A stretch of 52,621 bases of DNA from an uncultured archaeon (lineage in GTDB: Archaea; Aenigmatarchaeota; Aenigmatarchaeia; PWEA01; JAGHBM01), in NCBI GenBank assembly GCA_964584335.1, contig CAZOZN010000001.1, forward strand, positions 1 through 52,621, written 5' to 3'. The notes under the pieces were generated by a model that was given only the letters and a program-made list of their open reading frames with translations, did no database searches and had not been told where the DNA came from. Of the stretch, positions 51,101 through 52,621 are shown in pieces (positions within the stretch are counted from its first letter, which is position 1; each line of letters starts with the position of its first letter). The position numbers and the translations under genes are program-made.

Positions 51101-51832
51101 GTGGGGGAAAATACTGTCAATGATAAGGTAGGAATAATAGGAGGTTATTCCACACACAAAGTTCTTAATGATTATTCTAAAGTTAATATAGGCGATGATA
51201 CTGTTTGTTTTAAGGGAAAAGTCGGAAAAAAAGAAGTATTTATTATCCCAAGGCATGGAGAAACACACAAGTACCCTCCTCATAATGTGCCTTTAATAAA
51301 ATACTTTGAATTCTTGAAGAAAGAAAATATAAAGGATTTGATAACTGTTCATTCTGTTGGTGTTCTTAACAAGGGATGGAGAGTACCCTGCCTAATAGTA
51401 ATAGACGACTTTATAGACTTTACCGGAGAGCTTGCTACAGTGTACAACATGTTTGATAAGGAGCCCATTCATGTTGAGATGGAACAGCCTTACTCAAAGT
51501 CCTATAAGGGCATAGTACACAAAACAATAGAAAATTATTCGGAAACTCCCTTTTACCACGGCATTTATTTTCAGACTGTAGGACCAAGACTGGAGACAAG
51601 AGCTGAGATAAGGGCCGCAAAGATTCTTGGAGCTGATATGGTTGGCATGACACACTCATGGGAAGCCATACTGGCTAGAGAGTACGGACTCAATCTTTTG
51701 AGTCTTGGGATGGGAGTGAATTACGCCTGCGGTATAACAGACAAGATAAGATACGAAGAGATAATAAAGAACAGCAAGATATTCTCTGACAAGATTACAA
51801 AAATAATAAGAGATTTAATAAAGCAGATGTAG
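51101..51832 (+). CDS. MTAP/PNP-family nucleoside phosphorylase, probably 6-oxopurine (MTIP-like)
   Basis: GIIGG, PRHGETH..PPH, SVG, GPRLETRAEI, GADMVGMT, VNYACG. Confidence 0.85.
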   Translation: MGENTVNDKVGIIGGYSTHKVLNDYSKVNIGDDTVCFKGKVGKKEVFIIPRHGETHKYPPHNVPLIKYFEFLKKENIKDLITVHSVGVLNKGWRVPCLIVIDDFIDFTGELATVYNMFDKEPIHVEMEQPYSKSYKGIVHKTIENYSETPFYHGIYFQTVGPRLETRAEIRAAKILGADMVGMTHSWEAILAREYGLNLLSLGMGVNYACGITDKIRYEEIIKNSKIFSDKITKIIRDLIKQM

Positions 51833-51871
51833 CAAGGGTTTTATATACCACTATTTTGTTAAGAATAAAAC

Positions 51872-52489
51872 ATGAGACATTTTAAGTTTACAAAGCGCCG
51901 AAAAATATTATTTTCAATTTTAATTGTTTTTTCCGCTGTTTTATTTTTGTCTTTATTTTACATAGAGTTCGGCATTTTTAATTCGGAATCTTCCGTCAAC
52001 TCTGACTCTGAAAGATTTTCAGCAATGAACCCCGAGTTAAAATCATCAGGGGATTTATATCTTTATGTTGAAGGCAATTCAAAAATTAAAAATTATTTGA
52101 TTGAGGAGCTTAAGAAAGAATTGGGCGGGAAGTTTAGTGTATACAATTATGCTAATCTTAAAGAAGAATTTGATGGGCCGGTTCTCGCCGTATCTGTTTT
52201 AGAGAAGGATATGTTTTATACCCCTTTTTACTCGAATTCAGAATCAAGAGTTTTTTCATTCTATTCGCTTTCCGGCAAGACCAAGTATTTCAAAGATTTT
52301 ATCTCTTCTTATTACGGTGCAAAAGAGCCTGCAGTTATTTTTAACAGCACCGAAGGCCCGCAATTGATAAAAAAATCAGAACTGCTCGCTGAACAGAATA
52401 TTTACGGAATATTTTCCATAAACTCGGCCAGGAGAAATTTGGCAAATGTTATAGCAGAAAGGATTGCCGAAGATACTTTTAATAAATAA
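51872..52489 (+). CDS. Hypothetical membrane-anchored protein
   Basis: Basic N-terminus plus a single TM (ILFSILIVFSAVLFLSLFYI) and a soluble domain. Confidence 0.7.
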   Translation: MRHFKFTKRRKILFSILIVFSAVLFLSLFYIEFGIFNSESSVNSDSERFSAMNPELKSSGDLYLYVEGNSKIKNYLIEELKKELGGKFSVYNYANLKEEFDGPVLAVSVLEKDMFYTPFYSNSESRVFSFYSLSGKTKYFKDFISSYYGAKEPAVIFNSTEGPQLIKKSELLAEQNIYGIFSINSARRNLANVIAERIAEDTFNK

Positions 52490-52621
52490 AATAAGATTTT
52501 GCTTGGGTAAACAGAAATAAATAATTAACAGGAGTAAATTGCAAAGTAAAAGAATAAATATTTTGAAAATATATTATTATCAATGGGTTATAAACCAAGT
52601 ATTAAACTTGAAGAAGATACG

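Noticed and set aside
52539-52621. Partial ORF at the right edge (TTG 52539 after AGGAG, or ATG 52583 MGYKPSIKLEEDT)
   Set aside because: Too short to choose a frame or assign a product.
1-52621. Provirus, integrative element or IS
   Set aside because: No integrase, transposase, capsid, terminal repeat or tRNA attachment site recognised.

Overview
Archaeal chromosome segment (TFB, eL15, Rpp30/Pop5, Trm1, ABCE1, Nre, archaeal MtaB). Dense packing, AT-richness and gene content suggest a small-genome DPANN-type archaeon; this is inference, not a taxonomic search result. There are three blocks. (1) 1-12054 is a very AT-rich accessory block: an A24 prepilin peptidase just upstream of a truncated ORF starting MKGDVFPKIKKKVHNFLIEEK, three paralogous HxsC-like radical SAM enzymes, a DUF483-like protein, two related Cys-rich exported proteins, a DPM1-like GT2 and three GT-C membrane glycosyltransferases. 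It is a candidate peptide/pilin modification system. (2) 13422-32570 is a co-oriented unit: ExeA-like AAA+/HTH, a 52-aa repeat protein missed by the ORF track, a wHTH regulator, a 4623-aa surface protein whose single TM helix is followed by a cytoplasmic HerA/VirB4/FtsK-type ATPase, coiled-coil and Ig/TM partners, and MinD. It is a candidate contact-dependent translocation machine and the most striking element here. (3) 32606-52621 holds housekeeping and salvage genes, including a structured RNA leader upstream of rpl15e. No tRNA, rRNA, CRISPR array or transposase was recognised.
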